Part shown: positions 9,203-18,845 of the stretch, piece after piece
How positions within the stretch are numbered: the first letter of the stretch is position 1
Layout of the letters: each line of letters starts with the position of its first letter
IMG/VR virus record: IMGVR_UViG_2778261510_000005
Reading direction: 5' to 3' (one strand)
Length of the DNA: 64,000 bases
From: a virus
Lineage: Duplodnaviria; Heunggongvirae; Uroviricota; Caudoviricetes
Position numbers and translations under genes: made by a program
The notes under the pieces: generated by a model
Told to the model about the DNA's origin: nothing
Database searches by the model: none
What the model saw: the letters and a program-made list of their open reading frames with translations, nothing else

Positions 9203-10414
9203 ATGATGATGAAACGCGATTACGGCGGTGTCGGCACCATAGCTCTTCGTGCAAGCGCATTACTTAAGGCCATGAGTCAGGATATTGAAGATCAGCGCAA
9301 AGAGTTCAATCAGACCGAGTATTATCAGACGTTCACTCGTAACGCTGTGGCAAAGTTGCCGAAGCTGAGCCGCCGCATTGTGGAGCAGGCCATCAAAGAG
9401 ATGGAAGATGATGGGTACCAGTTCAACAAGAAACAGGTCGGTAACGTTGAACAGTACGCGCTGACCATCCAGAACGTCATTGATATCTATGCCCACCGTA
9501 AGATCCCCAAATATCGCGACATTCACAAATCGCCTTACGTTATTTTTGTCGTAAACCTGAAGGGTGGCGTATCCAAAACGGTTTCCACAGTCACGTTGGC
9601 GCACGCTCTGCGTGTGCATCAGGATTTACTGCGTCACGATCTGCGCATTCTGGTAATTGACCTTGACCCTCAGGCATCCAGCACAATGTTCCTCGACCAT
9701 ACTCACAGTATTGGTTCCATCCTGGAAACCGCCGCGCAGGCGATGCTGAACGACCTGGACGCGGAGACGCTACGCAAAGAGGTGATTCGTCCGACCATCG
9801 TTCCTGGCGTAGACGTGATTCCAGCCTCTATCGACGATGGCTTTGTTGCCAGCCAATGGAAAGAGCTGGTTGAAGAGCATCTTCCCGGACAAAATCAGTA
9901 CGAAATCCTTCGACGCAATATCATTGATCGTGTTGCGGATGATTATGACTTTATCTTTATTGATACCGGTCCACACCTGGATCCGTTCCTGCTCAACGGT
10001 CTGGCGGCCAGCGATTTGCTGCTTACCCCTACCCCACCAGCCCAGGTTGACTTCCACTCAACACTGAAATATCTCACCCGTCTGCCAGAAATGCTGGAGC
10101 AACTGGAGGAGGAAGGCGTAGAACCGCGTTTGAGCGCCAGCATTGGTTTTATGTCGAAGATGACCGGCAAGCGCGATCACGAGACATCACACAGCCTTGC
10201 GCGTGAGGTTTACGCCAGCAACATTCTGGACTCTTCTCTGCCTCGTCTGGATGGCTTTGAGCGATGCGGCGAGTCTTTCGACACCGTAATCAGTGCCAAC
10301 CCGCAATCGTATCCAGGCAGTGCAGAGGCGCTGAAGAAGGCACGAACCGAGGCCGAGCGTTTCACTAAGGCTGTGTTTGATCGAATTGAGTTTGTTAGGG
10401 GTGAGGCGGCATGA
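9203..10414 (+). CDS. parA: partition ATPase (type Ia ParA/SopA family)
   Basis: deviant Walker A NLKGGVSKTVSTV; three consecutive ATGs at 9203-9211, AGGAG directly upstream so the third is the likelier start; long N-terminal DNA-binding extension. Confidence 0.9.
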   Translation: MMMKRDYGGVGTIALRASALLKAMSQDIEDQRKEFNQTEYYQTFTRNAVAKLPKLSRRIVEQAIKEMEDDGYQFNKKQVGNVEQYALTIQNVIDIYAHRKIPKYRDIHKSPYVIFVVNLKGGVSKTVSTVTLAHALRVHQDLLRHDLRILVIDLDPQASSTMFLDHTHSIGSILETAAQAMLNDLDAETLRKEVIRPTIVPGVDVIPASIDDGFVASQWKELVEEHLPGQNQYEILRRNIIDRVADDYDFIFIDTGPHLDPFLLNGLAASDLLLTPTPPAQVDFHSTLKYLTRLPEMLEQLEEEGVEPRLSASIGFMSKMTGKRDHETSHSLAREVYASNILDSSLPRLDGFERCGESFDTVISANPQSYPGSAEALKKARTEAERFTKAVFDRIEFVRGEAA

Positions 10415-11376
10415 AAAAAATAGTTTCCCGTGGACGAGTGCTGGGCAAGAATAGCTCCGAGTTTGCTCGCATGCTTGAAGGCAGTGAAGGCACCAAAACC
10501 TTTACCCTAAAATCTGGCCGCCAGGCTAAATTCTTGCTTACCGTCGTGCTGAGTGGTGAGATTGAGTCGCGCACGTTCGTTGACCCGGCAGTTAACGGCC
10601 GCGATCAGTCTCTGCTCACCCCTGAGTCGGTAAGCGATATTTCCCGCACCATTAAATTGCAACAGTTCTTCCCGGCTATCGGTCGTATGGTTGGGGAGCG
10701 CATTGAGGTATTGGACGGATCGCGTCGCCGTGCTGCGTGTATCTTCAATGAAACGAAATTTGAGATTCTGGTGACGAAAGATGAGATCAGCCTGGCGGAT
10801 GCCCGCCAGCTGGCCATTGATATCCAGACAGCCCGCGAACACACTCTGCGCGAGCTGGGTAAACGCTTCGAGGTTATGTACGGTAAGAATATGACCAAAG
10901 AAGAGATCGCCCGAGCTGAGAACATCTCAAAGGCTAAAGTGACGCGAGCTTTCCAGGCTGCCGCGGTGCCGGATGAGATGATTGCTGTCTTCCCCGTAGC
11001 CAGCGATCTCGCCCTTCCAGATTACCAGTTACTGCTCCAGATCGCCGAGGATGCTAACGCTAAAAGCGTGCCGATTGAAGAGCTGGTTGATACGGTGCGC
11101 GAACGAATTGCAGAGACTGAGGGCGCGAAAGAGGATAAAGCGAAGATACTGGCTATCTTCAAAGCGGAAAGCAAAAGCCTGAAGCCCGCGCCGGTTAAAT
11201 CTGTGGTGGTTGAGAAGCTGCGAGACTTCTCTGACCGTCGCCAATATGCCCGAAAGAAGTCCGATCCGAAAAAACGGGTTGTCGCCTACGAGTTCTCCAG
11301 ACTCCCGTCTGAAGTGCAAACTGAAATTGACGAAGCAATAAAAAAAATCATTGGGAAAATGTCTGCTGGGGAATAA
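10411..11376 (+). CDS. parB: partition centromere-binding protein
   Basis: 321 aa, ATGA overlap with parA stop; position and size as ParB of P1/P7 family. Confidence 0.85.
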   Translation: MKKIVSRGRVLGKNSSEFARMLEGSEGTKTFTLKSGRQAKFLLTVVLSGEIESRTFVDPAVNGRDQSLLTPESVSDISRTIKLQQFFPAIGRMVGERIEVLDGSRRRAACIFNETKFEILVTKDEISLADARQLAIDIQTAREHTLRELGKRFEVMYGKNMTKEEIARAENISKAKVTRAFQAAAVPDEMIAVFPVASDLALPDYQLLLQIAEDANAKSVPIEELVDTVRERIAETEGAKEDKAKILAIFKAESKSLKPAPVKSVVVEKLRDFSDRRQYARKKSDPKKRVVAYEFSRLPSEVQTEIDEAIKKIIGKMSAGE

Positions 11377-11439
11377 TCCCGCTGGTGGGAGGCGGCTTTA
11401 GCCCCCTCCCCTGTCTAAAATGTCCCGCGCCTATTTCAT

Positions 11440-11535
11440 GTATAAATATATGATATATATAGATATTCATGAAAAATTTCAGACTGAAATTCCCACGGTT
11501 TCACGCCTGTTTTAGTTGGGGCCCTCCCCCGCACA
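11440..11535. promoter_or_regulatory. candidate parS centromere region (AT-rich bend site flanked by ATTTCA-type heptamers)
   Basis: TGTATAAATATATGATATATATAGATATT AT-tract; AAATTTCAG, GAAATTCCC, GGTTTCACG heptamer-like repeats just downstream of parB. Confidence 0.4.
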
Positions 11536-11562
11536 AAAAATTTAAAAAATTACTTTTAGCGA

Positions 11563-11583
11563 GAAAGTCAACAAGTGACTTTC
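11563..11583. promoter_or_regulatory. palindrome GAAAGTCA-N5-TGACTTTC containing the recurrent AACAAGTGACT motif; candidate late promoter/activator site for the head gene
   Basis: perfect 8-bp inverted repeat; same core motif recurs at 47924-47933, 52992-53001 (minus) and 62686-62695 (minus); TAAAAT-like -10 follows. Confidence 0.35.
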
Positions 11584-11642
11584 AATAAAATCTCTTCCGA
11601 AAAGGGATTCACACAAGTGCCTTGTGTTTAAGGAAGAGTAAA

Positions 11643-13349
11643 TTGAGTAACTTACGCGAATACCAGAATCGTATTGCAGATATCGCAAAACGCTCTAAAG
11701 CTGTGCTTGGCTGGGCAAGCACTGCGCAGTTCGGTACTGATAACCAATTCATTAAAGATGATGCCGCGCGTGCCGCATCTATCCTTGAAGCTGCACGTAA
11801 AGACCCGGTTTTTGCGGGTATCTCTGATAATGCCACCGCTCAAATCGCTACAGCGTGGGCAAGTGCACTGGCTGACTACGCCGCAGCACATAAATCTATG
11901 CCGCGTCCGGAAATTCTGGCCTCCTGCCACCAGACGCTGGAAAACTGCCTGATTGAGTCCACCCGCAATAGCATGGATGCCACTAATAAAGCGATGCTGG
12001 AATCCGTCGCAGCAGAGATGATGAGCGTTTCTGACGGTGTTATGCGTCTGCCTTTATTCCTCGCGATGATCCTGCCTGTTCAGTTGGGGGCAGCTACCGC
12101 TGATGCGTGTACCTTCATTCCGGTTACGCGTGACCAGTCCGACATCTATGAAGTCTTTAACGTGGCAGGTTCCTCTTTTGGTTCTTATGCTGCTGGTGAT
12201 GTTCTGGACATGCAATCCGTCGGTGTGTACAGCCAGTTACGTCGCCGCTATGTGCTGGTGGCAAGCTCCGATGGCACCAGCAAAACCGCAACCTTCAAGA
12301 TGGAAGACTTCGAAGGCCAGAATGTACCAATCCGAAAAGGTCGTACTAACATCTACGTTAACCGTATTAAGTCTGTTGTTGATAACGGTTCCGGCAGCCT
12401 ACTTCACTCGTTTACTAATGCTGCTGGTGAGCAAATCACTGTTACCTGCTCTCTGAACTACAACATTGGTCAGATTGCCCTGTCGTTCTCCAAAGCGCCG
12501 GATAAAGGCACTGAGATCGCAATTGAGACGGAAATCAATATTGAAGCCGCTCCTGAGCTGATCCCGCTGATCAACCACGAAATGAAGAAATACACCCTGT
12601 TCCCAAGTCAGTTCGTTATCGCGGCTGAGCACACGGTACAGGCGGCGTATGAAGCACAGCGTGAATTTGGTCTGGACCTGGGTTCCCTACAGTTCCGCAC
12701 CCTGAAGGAATACCTGTCTCATGAACAGGATATGCTGCGTCTTCGCATCATGATCTGGCGCACTCTTGCGACCGACACCTTTGACATCGCTCTGCCGGTT
12801 AACCAGTCCTTTGATGTATGGGCAACCATCATTCGTGGCAAATTCCAGACTGTATATCGCGACATTATTGAGCGCGTTAAATCTTCTGGTGCGATGGGGA
12901 TGTTTGCTGGTGCTGATGCAGCATCTTTCTTCAAACAGTTGCCGAAGGATTTCTTCCAGCCAGCCGAAGACTATATCCAGACTCCGTATGTTCACTACAT
13001 CGGTACCCTGTTCGGTAACGTGAAAGTGTACGAAGTACCTGCTGGTATTTGTAAGAACTTAACGACAGAGAACATTCAGTTCAGCTCGATGGATGTGCTG
13101 TGCTACGTCCGTGATGAAAATCCGGGTAAAGCAGGCTTCGTGACTGGTGATGCTGTCCCGGCCATCCCGTTCCAGCATCCGACCACTCCGGCGCTGGTCA
13201 ACCGTACCACGCTGTGGGGTTCGGCTATCAACGATATGCACCCACGCAACGGCGCTGATTACTTCACTCGTGTAACGCTGACAATGGCCAAAAAAGGCGG
13301 GCTTAACTTCATAAGCGGCGACACGATTGATGCCGGTGACTCTGAGTAA
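11643..13349 (+). CDS. virion head protein, probably major capsid protein (P1 gp23-like position)
   Basis: large ORF immediately after parS as in P1; no in-frame ATG near start; TTG at 11643 lies 6 nt after AGGAAG, alternative TTG at 11622. Confidence 0.45.
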   Translation: MSNLREYQNRIADIAKRSKAVLGWASTAQFGTDNQFIKDDAARAASILEAARKDPVFAGISDNATAQIATAWASALADYAAAHKSMPRPEILASCHQTLENCLIESTRNSMDATNKAMLESVAAEMMSVSDGVMRLPLFLAMILPVQLGAATADACTFIPVTRDQSDIYEVFNVAGSSFGSYAAGDVLDMQSVGVYSQLRRRYVLVASSDGTSKTATFKMEDFEGQNVPIRKGRTNIYVNRIKSVVDNGSGSLLHSFTNAAGEQITVTCSLNYNIGQIALSFSKAPDKGTEIAIETEINIEAAPELIPLINHEMKKYTLFPSQFVIAAEHTVQAAYEAQREFGLDLGSLQFRTLKEYLSHEQDMLRLRIMIWRTLATDTFDIALPVNQSFDVWATIIRGKFQTVYRDIIERVKSSGAMGMFAGADAASFFKQLPKDFFQPAEDYIQTPYVHYIGTLFGNVKVYEVPAGICKNLTTENIQFSSMDVLCYVRDENPGKAGFVTGDAVPAIPFQHPTTPALVNRTTLWGSAINDMHPRNGADYFTRVTLTMAKKGGLNFISGDTIDAGDSE

Positions 13350-13409
13350 TCAGGGGAAGTTCTCCGTTTAACATAGCGCCCCCGTGCGGGGCGCATAACA
13401 GGGAAAGTT

Positions 13410-14999
13410 ATGTCTCAATATTCAATTCAACAGTCATTAGGTAATGCATCCGGCGTCGCGGTTAGCCCGATCAATGCCGATGCGACGTTATCTACCGGTG
13501 TTGCATTAAATAGCAGCTTGTGGGCTGGTATTGGCGTATTTGCGCGTGGCAAGCCGTTTACTGTTCTTGCGGTTACTGAGTCCAATTACGAAGATGTTCT
13601 CGGCGAACCGCTGAAGCCGTCTTCCGGCTCACAGTTCGAACCAATTCGCCATGTATACGAAGCTATTCAGCAAACGTCAGGTTATGTTGTTCGTGCTGTT
13701 CCGGATGATGCGAAGTTCCCGATTATTATGTTCGATGAATCAGGCGAACCGGCTTACAGTGCGTTGCCATACGGTTCTGAAATTGAACTTGATAGTGGCG
13801 AAGCCTTTGCTATCTACGTTGATGATGGTGATCCGTGTATTTCACCTACCCGTGAGTTAACCATCGAAACGGCAACAGCGGACAGCGCGGGTAATGAACG
13901 CTTCCTCTTAAAACTGACCCAGACGACTTCGCTCGGCGTGGTAACGACCCTGGAGACACACACTGTGTCTTTGGCGGAAGAAGCGAAAGATGACATGGGC
14001 CGCTTGTGTTATCTGCCTACGGCTCTGGAAGCCCGTTCTAAATATCTGCGCGCGGTTGTTAATGAAGAGCTGATTTCGACGGCGAAAGTAACAAATAAAA
14101 AATCGCTGGCGTTCACTGGCGGTACCAACGGCGATCAGTCGAACATTTCCACTGCTGCTTACCTGCGTGCGGTGAAAGTGCTGAACAATGCGCCGTACAT
14201 GTACACCGCTGTTCTCGGCCTGGGTTGCTATGACAATGCGGCGATCACTGCGTTAGGTAATATCTGTTCTGATCGCCTGATTGATGGTTTCTTTGATGTC
14301 AAACCGACATTGACGTACACGGAAGCGATCTCTGCTGTTGAAGATACCGGTTTACTTGGTACCGATTATGTAAGCTGTGCTGTCTATCATTTCCCGTTCT
14401 CCTGCAAAGACAAATGGACCCAATCCCGTGTGGTCTTCGGTCTGTCTGGCGCGGCGTATGCGGCGAAAGCTCGTGGCGTCAAGAAAAACTCTGATGTCGG
14501 CGGTTGGCATTACTCACCGGCTGGTGAAGAACGTGCCGTCATTGCTCGTGCGTCAATTCAACCGCTGTATCCGGAAGATACCCCGGACGAAGAAGCAATG
14601 GTCAAGGGCCGTCTCAATAAAGTATCTGTAGGTACCTCTGGCCAGATGATCATCGACGATGCTTTAACTTGCTGCACGCAGGATAACTATCTGCACTTCC
14701 AGCACGTCCCATCCCTGATGAATGCAATCAGCCGTTTCTTTGTCCAGTTAGCCCGACAGATGAAGCATAGCCCGGACGGTATTACTGCGGCTGGCCTGAC
14801 TAAAGGGATGACCAAACTTTTAGATCGCTTTGTCGCCTCCAGCGCTCTGGTGGCTCCTCGTGATCCTGATGCTGACGGTACAGAACCGTATGTGCTGAAA
14901 GTTACGCAGGCGGAATTCGATAAATGGGAAGTAGTCTGGGCCTGCTGCCCGACTGGCGTAGCCCGTCGTATCCAGGGCGTACCGCTGCTTATTAAGTAA
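13410..14999 (+). CDS. virion structural protein, probably contractile tail sheath (P1 gp22-like position)
   Basis: 529-aa ORF, AGGGAAAG RBS; order head-sheath-tube as in P1. Confidence 0.45.
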   Translation: MSQYSIQQSLGNASGVAVSPINADATLSTGVALNSSLWAGIGVFARGKPFTVLAVTESNYEDVLGEPLKPSSGSQFEPIRHVYEAIQQTSGYVVRAVPDDAKFPIIMFDESGEPAYSALPYGSEIELDSGEAFAIYVDDGDPCISPTRELTIETATADSAGNERFLLKLTQTTSLGVVTTLETHTVSLAEEAKDDMGRLCYLPTALEARSKYLRAVVNEELISTAKVTNKKSLAFTGGTNGDQSNISTAAYLRAVKVLNNAPYMYTAVLGLGCYDNAAITALGNICSDRLIDGFFDVKPTLTYTEAISAVEDTGLLGTDYVSCAVYHFPFSCKDKWTQSRVVFGLSGAAYAAKARGVKKNSDVGGWHYSPAGEERAVIARASIQPLYPEDTPDEEAMVKGRLNKVSVGTSGQMIIDDALTCCTQDNYLHFQHVPSLMNAISRFFVQLARQMKHSPDGITAAGLTKGMTKLLDRFVASSALVAPRDPDADGTEPYVLKVTQAEFDKWEVVWACCPTGVARRIQGVPLLIK

Positions 15000-15008
15000 G
15001 GGAATACA

Positions 15009-15824
15009 ATGAGCAAAAACTTTTTTCAATCCGGGGCATTTTTGGGGAATGGACTGTCCCGTTTCGCTTTGAACTCTGATCCTGTGCAGCTGATGGAGTC
15101 TGCCCGAGCAAGCGCCGAACCGCCAACAGATCCGGTTATTAATAATAATCCGGAACCGGCGGCACAGACTAACGATAACGTTCCATCTGATCCGGCTCCT
15201 GAGCAAATCCTGGAAGGGAAAGACGGTAAAGAATGGACCGTCGAACAGGCGCACCAGATGATTCTGGAAGCTGCAAATCGAAGTGCTATGCAGAATGCGT
15301 TGAGTGATGCGGCCGACGCCGTTTTCGCCTGGGCTGATAGCGGTGATCTGACTTTCGACTCCCTTGATGGTTTCGTTCAGGCTATCGCTGGTATCTCTGA
15401 TGACGACGACTCCGAAGTTACAGAAGAACAGGACGATGCCTATAACGAAGCATGGGCAAATGTTGCTGACTTCCTCGCAGCATGCGGTGTAGATGATGAC
15501 CTGATCGAAGCACTGGCTGACGATGAAGACGACGACGCTGCTGCTGATGTTGGTGCCTCTATCGCTGGTTTAGATAGCGACGACCGCGACGAACTGGAAG
15601 CGGCGTTTGTTGTTGCTGGCACTTCTGATGAAATGCTGACTGAAGCATTTAAGAAGGTTGTTCGTAACGGTGAGATCAAACTCATCCGTAAACGCCTGCG
15701 TAAAAAACGTCTGACTGCGGCTCAAAAATCGGCGCTGAAAAAAGCGCGTCGTAAAGCCCAGACCGGCGCGGCAAAACTGGCCCGCAAAAAGTCAATGAAA
15801 CTGCGCCGTAAGCGCCTCGGCTAA
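15009..15824 (+). CDS. virion-associated protein with acidic body and strongly basic C-terminal tail
   Basis: 271 aa; D/E-rich middle, C-terminus KRLRKKRLTAAQKSALKKARRKAQTGAAKLARKKSMKLRRKRLG. Confidence 0.45.
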   Translation: MSKNFFQSGAFLGNGLSRFALNSDPVQLMESARASAEPPTDPVINNNPEPAAQTNDNVPSDPAPEQILEGKDGKEWTVEQAHQMILEAANRSAMQNALSDAADAVFAWADSGDLTFDSLDGFVQAIAGISDDDDSEVTEEQDDAYNEAWANVADFLAACGVDDDLIEALADDEDDDAAADVGASIAGLDSDDRDELEAAFVVAGTSDEMLTEAFKKVVRNGEIKLIRKRLRKKRLTAAQKSALKKARRKAQTGAAKLARKKSMKLRRKRLG

Positions 15825-15859
15825 AGGAGGAGGCCGGAGAACTCCGGCCTTTAACTTGA

Positions 15860-16441
15860 ATGGCACCTATACCTTATGGGGTTTACAGCCAGGCTGACGG
15901 TGTATCGCCATATCTGAAAGTTACTTTAACGAACTCTCAGTACCAGGTTACCGGATATATCAGCCAGGGAGCGGCAATGAACATGGCCCAGAATTGGGAA
16001 GCGCCGTTTACCGGTATGTCCATGGGATCTGTTTCTGGTGCTCTGGGTGGTTTTGTGCAAGTAGGTACTGAAACAACGTCGGTTGCCCGTTGGAATAGCT
16101 TAATGGTTTGGGAAGGGGGGACTCCGCCGACGTTCACGCTGCCTGTAACTTTCATTGCTTTGAACAATCCATTCATTGAAGTTTCAGGCGCTATCGCCGC
16201 GTTGACAGCCATGATTAGCCCGGAACTAAAAGCGGCCAATGTTGGTGGTCGAATCCCGGAGCGCGTGACGCTAAACATTGGTCGCCGGATCAACATCACC
16301 GATGTCGCCATCCAGGACTTAAGTTTTGATCTCGATGCGCCAAGGGACAGTAATGGATATTTCCTGAAAAACACCGTCAACCTCCAGTTGACCGGTTCTT
16401 CGATATATAACAGCTCCGATATTGTTCGGGCGTTCCAGTAA
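15860..16441 (+). CDS. tail structural protein (tube or tube-associated)
   Basis: 193-aa ORF in the late morphogenesis operon; weak hairpin upstream. Confidence 0.4.
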   Translation: MAPIPYGVYSQADGVSPYLKVTLTNSQYQVTGYISQGAAMNMAQNWEAPFTGMSMGSVSGALGGFVQVGTETTSVARWNSLMVWEGGTPPTFTLPVTFIALNNPFIEVSGAIAALTAMISPELKAANVGGRIPERVTLNIGRRINITDVAIQDLSFDLDAPRDSNGYFLKNTVNLQLTGSSIYNSSDIVRAFQ

Positions 16442-16452
16442 AAGGATTTTAT

Positions 16453-16962
16453 ATGGGGCACAATAACACTAAGGGAAACCGTAAATTTATTAAGGGCCGC
16501 TATACTGCCAACGCGGCCAAAGGCGAACGACTGGTATCTTCTGAATTCCAGCTCACTTTTGCAGGCCATGAAGATATCAGCGTACTGGTTCGCACGTCGC
16601 AAATCCCTGAAATGACCCGCGAGGATGTGGAGGACTATGGCCCGAATGGTGTGAAGTTCAACCAGCACGGTCCAATCCGTAACTCCGGGGAAATCCAGGT
16701 CCAGTGCGTGGAGACTATCGAAGGCGATATTCTTCAGTTCATTAAAGATCGCATTGCGGCGAAGGACTATGTTGATATCACGATGGCTGCGACCCCTGAA
16801 TCCAAATCTTCCGGGGTTAACGCTGTGACAAAAGCTGCTACAACAATTGAAATGTTGGACTGCAAAATCTACAGTGATGCAATCGACTTTAGTACCGAAG
16901 ATGTGACTGCCGCTGTGCGTCCGTCACTTCGTATCGTTTACAACTGGATTGAGTGGGATTAA
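16453..16962 (+). CDS. tail structural protein
   Basis: 169-aa ORF with AAAGGA RBS, followed by strong terminator. Confidence 0.4.
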   Translation: MGHNNTKGNRKFIKGRYTANAAKGERLVSSEFQLTFAGHEDISVLVRTSQIPEMTREDVEDYGPNGVKFNQHGPIRNSGEIQVQCVETIEGDILQFIKDRIAAKDYVDITMAATPESKSSGVNAVTKAATTIEMLDCKIYSDAIDFSTEDVTAAVRPSLRIVYNWIEWD

Positions 16963-16982
16963 GAGTCACCCCTTGTATTTTA

Positions 16983-17006
16983 AAGCTCCTACGGGAGCTT
17001 TTTTGT
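16983..17006 (+). terminator. rho-independent terminator ending the head-tail operon
   Basis: AAGCTCC-TACG-GGAGCTT hairpin followed by TTTTT. Confidence 0.6.
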
Positions 17007-17045
17007 GCTTAAATTATGCCGGTATAGCGAAATTTTGAGCATATT

Positions 17046-17342
17046 ATGGAAATTGATTTTTCATACTCTCCTGAAACGATAGAACGAAGATTCGAAATAA
17101 TTGGATGCAAAACTATTTCAGAGGAGCATTATTGGATTCTCTATGATGCCAATACATGGTTATGTGCCTTAGCAGAATGTCGGCCATCGTTATGTGCAGG
17201 GGAGGGAGGACTTCGACATAAGGTGCTGGCTACACTTGAAGTGAACACGTTACGATATTGGTGTGTCGAAATACTTAGGGATAACAAAGAATTACATTTA
17301 TTATTGCTGAATAAGTGTGCGCCTCTGCGCAGGAAAGCATAA
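17046..17342 (+). CDS. hypothetical small Cys-rich protein
   Basis: 98-aa ORF in AT-rich DNA, weak RBS. Confidence 0.3.
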   Translation: MEIDFSYSPETIERRFEIIGCKTISEEHYWILYDANTWLCALAECRPSLCAGEGGLRHKVLATLEVNTLRYWCVEILRDNKELHLLLLNKCAPLRRKA

Positions 17343-17508
17343 GAAAACCCAACCGCCATACTGGAATTATCAGAAGAATATGTGCGGAAAGTTATAGCTA
17401 GCTATTGAAAAGCTAAAGTAGATCGGTTAGATTTACCTTACTCATCTACCATGCGTAGAAAGAGCGATCGAACCCGATACATAGCAATATGTGTCGGGTT
17501 CAGCTTTT

Positions 17509-17973
17509 TTATGTCCCAAGTGCTCTTTTTCTGCTTTGTTTGAGTGTTCTGATTTTACTGTCATAGGTTACAACATAGGCTGTTTTGAGAAGCCAATAGT
17601 CTCTACGTGCGGATAGCACAACAACGTAGTTTTCACACTCGTTCCAGATTACCCACTCTTCAGTTGGTCCTCGTCTTTCAGACCAACATGATATATCGCA
17701 ATGGTCATAATTCCTTATCATATGCGCGATCCAGCGGATCCGCTTACACCGTTCAAGATCAGGTATTCGTTCTTCTTCTATTTTTCCCTCTGATACTAAA
17801 TGCCAAAATCCGAACTCTTTCCCATCATATTCCGGTGAATAACGTAATCGAACAGGGAGACCCTTAAACGTTATATTAGAGATTAAAATATCTTCTCTAA
17901 CAACATCATATACATCGTCTATATACTCTTGCCAACTTCCATTGAAGTACAATAAATCTGGCATTTGAAGCAT
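17509..17973 (-). CDS. small protein with nuclease-like motifs, second gene of an AT-rich two-gene operon
   Basis: ATG at 17973 overlaps upstream stop in TGATG arrangement; motifs PEYDGKEFGFWHLVSEGK and WVIWNECE reminiscent of Vsr / PD-(D/E)xK folds. Confidence 0.5.
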   Translation of the reverse strand: MLQMPDLLYFNGSWQEYIDDVYDVVREDILISNITFKGLPVRLRYSPEYDGKEFGFWHLVSEGKIEEERIPDLERCKRIRWIAHMIRNYDHCDISCWSERRGPTEEWVIWNECENYVVVLSARRDYWLLKTAYVVTYDSKIRTLKQSRKRALGT

Positions 17974-18677
17974 CAGCGAGCCTCCCACACGAAAATATTA
18001 AATTTACTTTCTGTTGGAAGAGTGCTTTTTAGTAACTCCCTGTTTGTATGTGATTTTATCCTGTTTATGACTTGGATTTTTCCCGCGTTGCTATTCATTC
18101 CTCGATGAACGTAGCCTAACGCACCAATGAAAAGATCCGTTAGCTGCAATTGTTGCACTTCATGAGATCGTATATGTTGAATTCTGTTTATCGACTCATG
18201 ATTGTAATCATAGCGATCATTGTGAAGAACTCCTCTTAATTTCTCAATTTTTTCAATACCTAAAGTATCTTTTATATCTAGGTAGATATTGTATGTGTTG
18301 TTACTTTCTATTATGTTTTTTAAGACATAAAAAAACATCTTATAATAGAAAGTATTGTGATCTTGATGGAATCGAGCATGGTCCAGTTGCTCTTTATCAG
18401 GAACAACAACACCTCTAAAGCGCAATGCTGGGTTGCTGAAGAAGTAATCTACGACCTCTAAGTAAAATTCAACTTTGGACGCAGATACTTTAGTCCACTT
18501 GATTTCGAAATCAGGTTTTAAATTGTGTTTTAATTTTAATCCCTTGATGTCTCTAGCAATTTTTTTTGTGATAGTGCCAGGACACCAAAGCGCACCCAAT
18601 ACCATGACTTTATTATGATCATTTAGTAGGTGACAGGATTCATCGCAGAATACATTAAATGTTCTTCGGTTCAACAT
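17973..18677 (-). CDS. hypothetical protein with N-terminal acidic DE motif, first gene of AT-rich operon
   Basis: 234 aa; N-terminus NVFCDESCH...; markedly AT-rich coding sequence relative to flanks. Confidence 0.55.
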   Translation of the reverse strand: MLNRRTFNVFCDESCHLLNDHNKVMVLGALWCPGTITKKIARDIKGLKLKHNLKPDFEIKWTKVSASKVEFYLEVVDYFFSNPALRFRGVVVPDKEQLDHARFHQDHNTFYYKMFFYVLKNIIESNNTYNIYLDIKDTLGIEKIEKLRGVLHNDRYDYNHESINRIQHIRSHEVQQLQLTDLFIGALGYVHRGMNSNAGKIQVINRIKSHTNRELLKSTLPTESKFNIFVWEAR

Positions 18678-18845
18678 GTTAACTCCACTTATTGTTAGGT
18701 AGAATTGTCCGTTAGTTGTTTATTAATTGCAATAATGGGACGTTCTGATTTGCTAACTACGTCATCTTACCAGGACGCCTATGAGTTTTCCTCATGGCAA
18801 ACTAGAGGTGTTGAAAGTATGCATGGTTATAATTAGAGCAATCTA

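Noticed and set aside
13375-13394. GC-rich 7-bp-stem hairpin between head and sheath genes as a terminator
   Set aside because: No U-tract follows and the genes are co-directional in one operon; more likely an RNA stability or processing element, not annotated.
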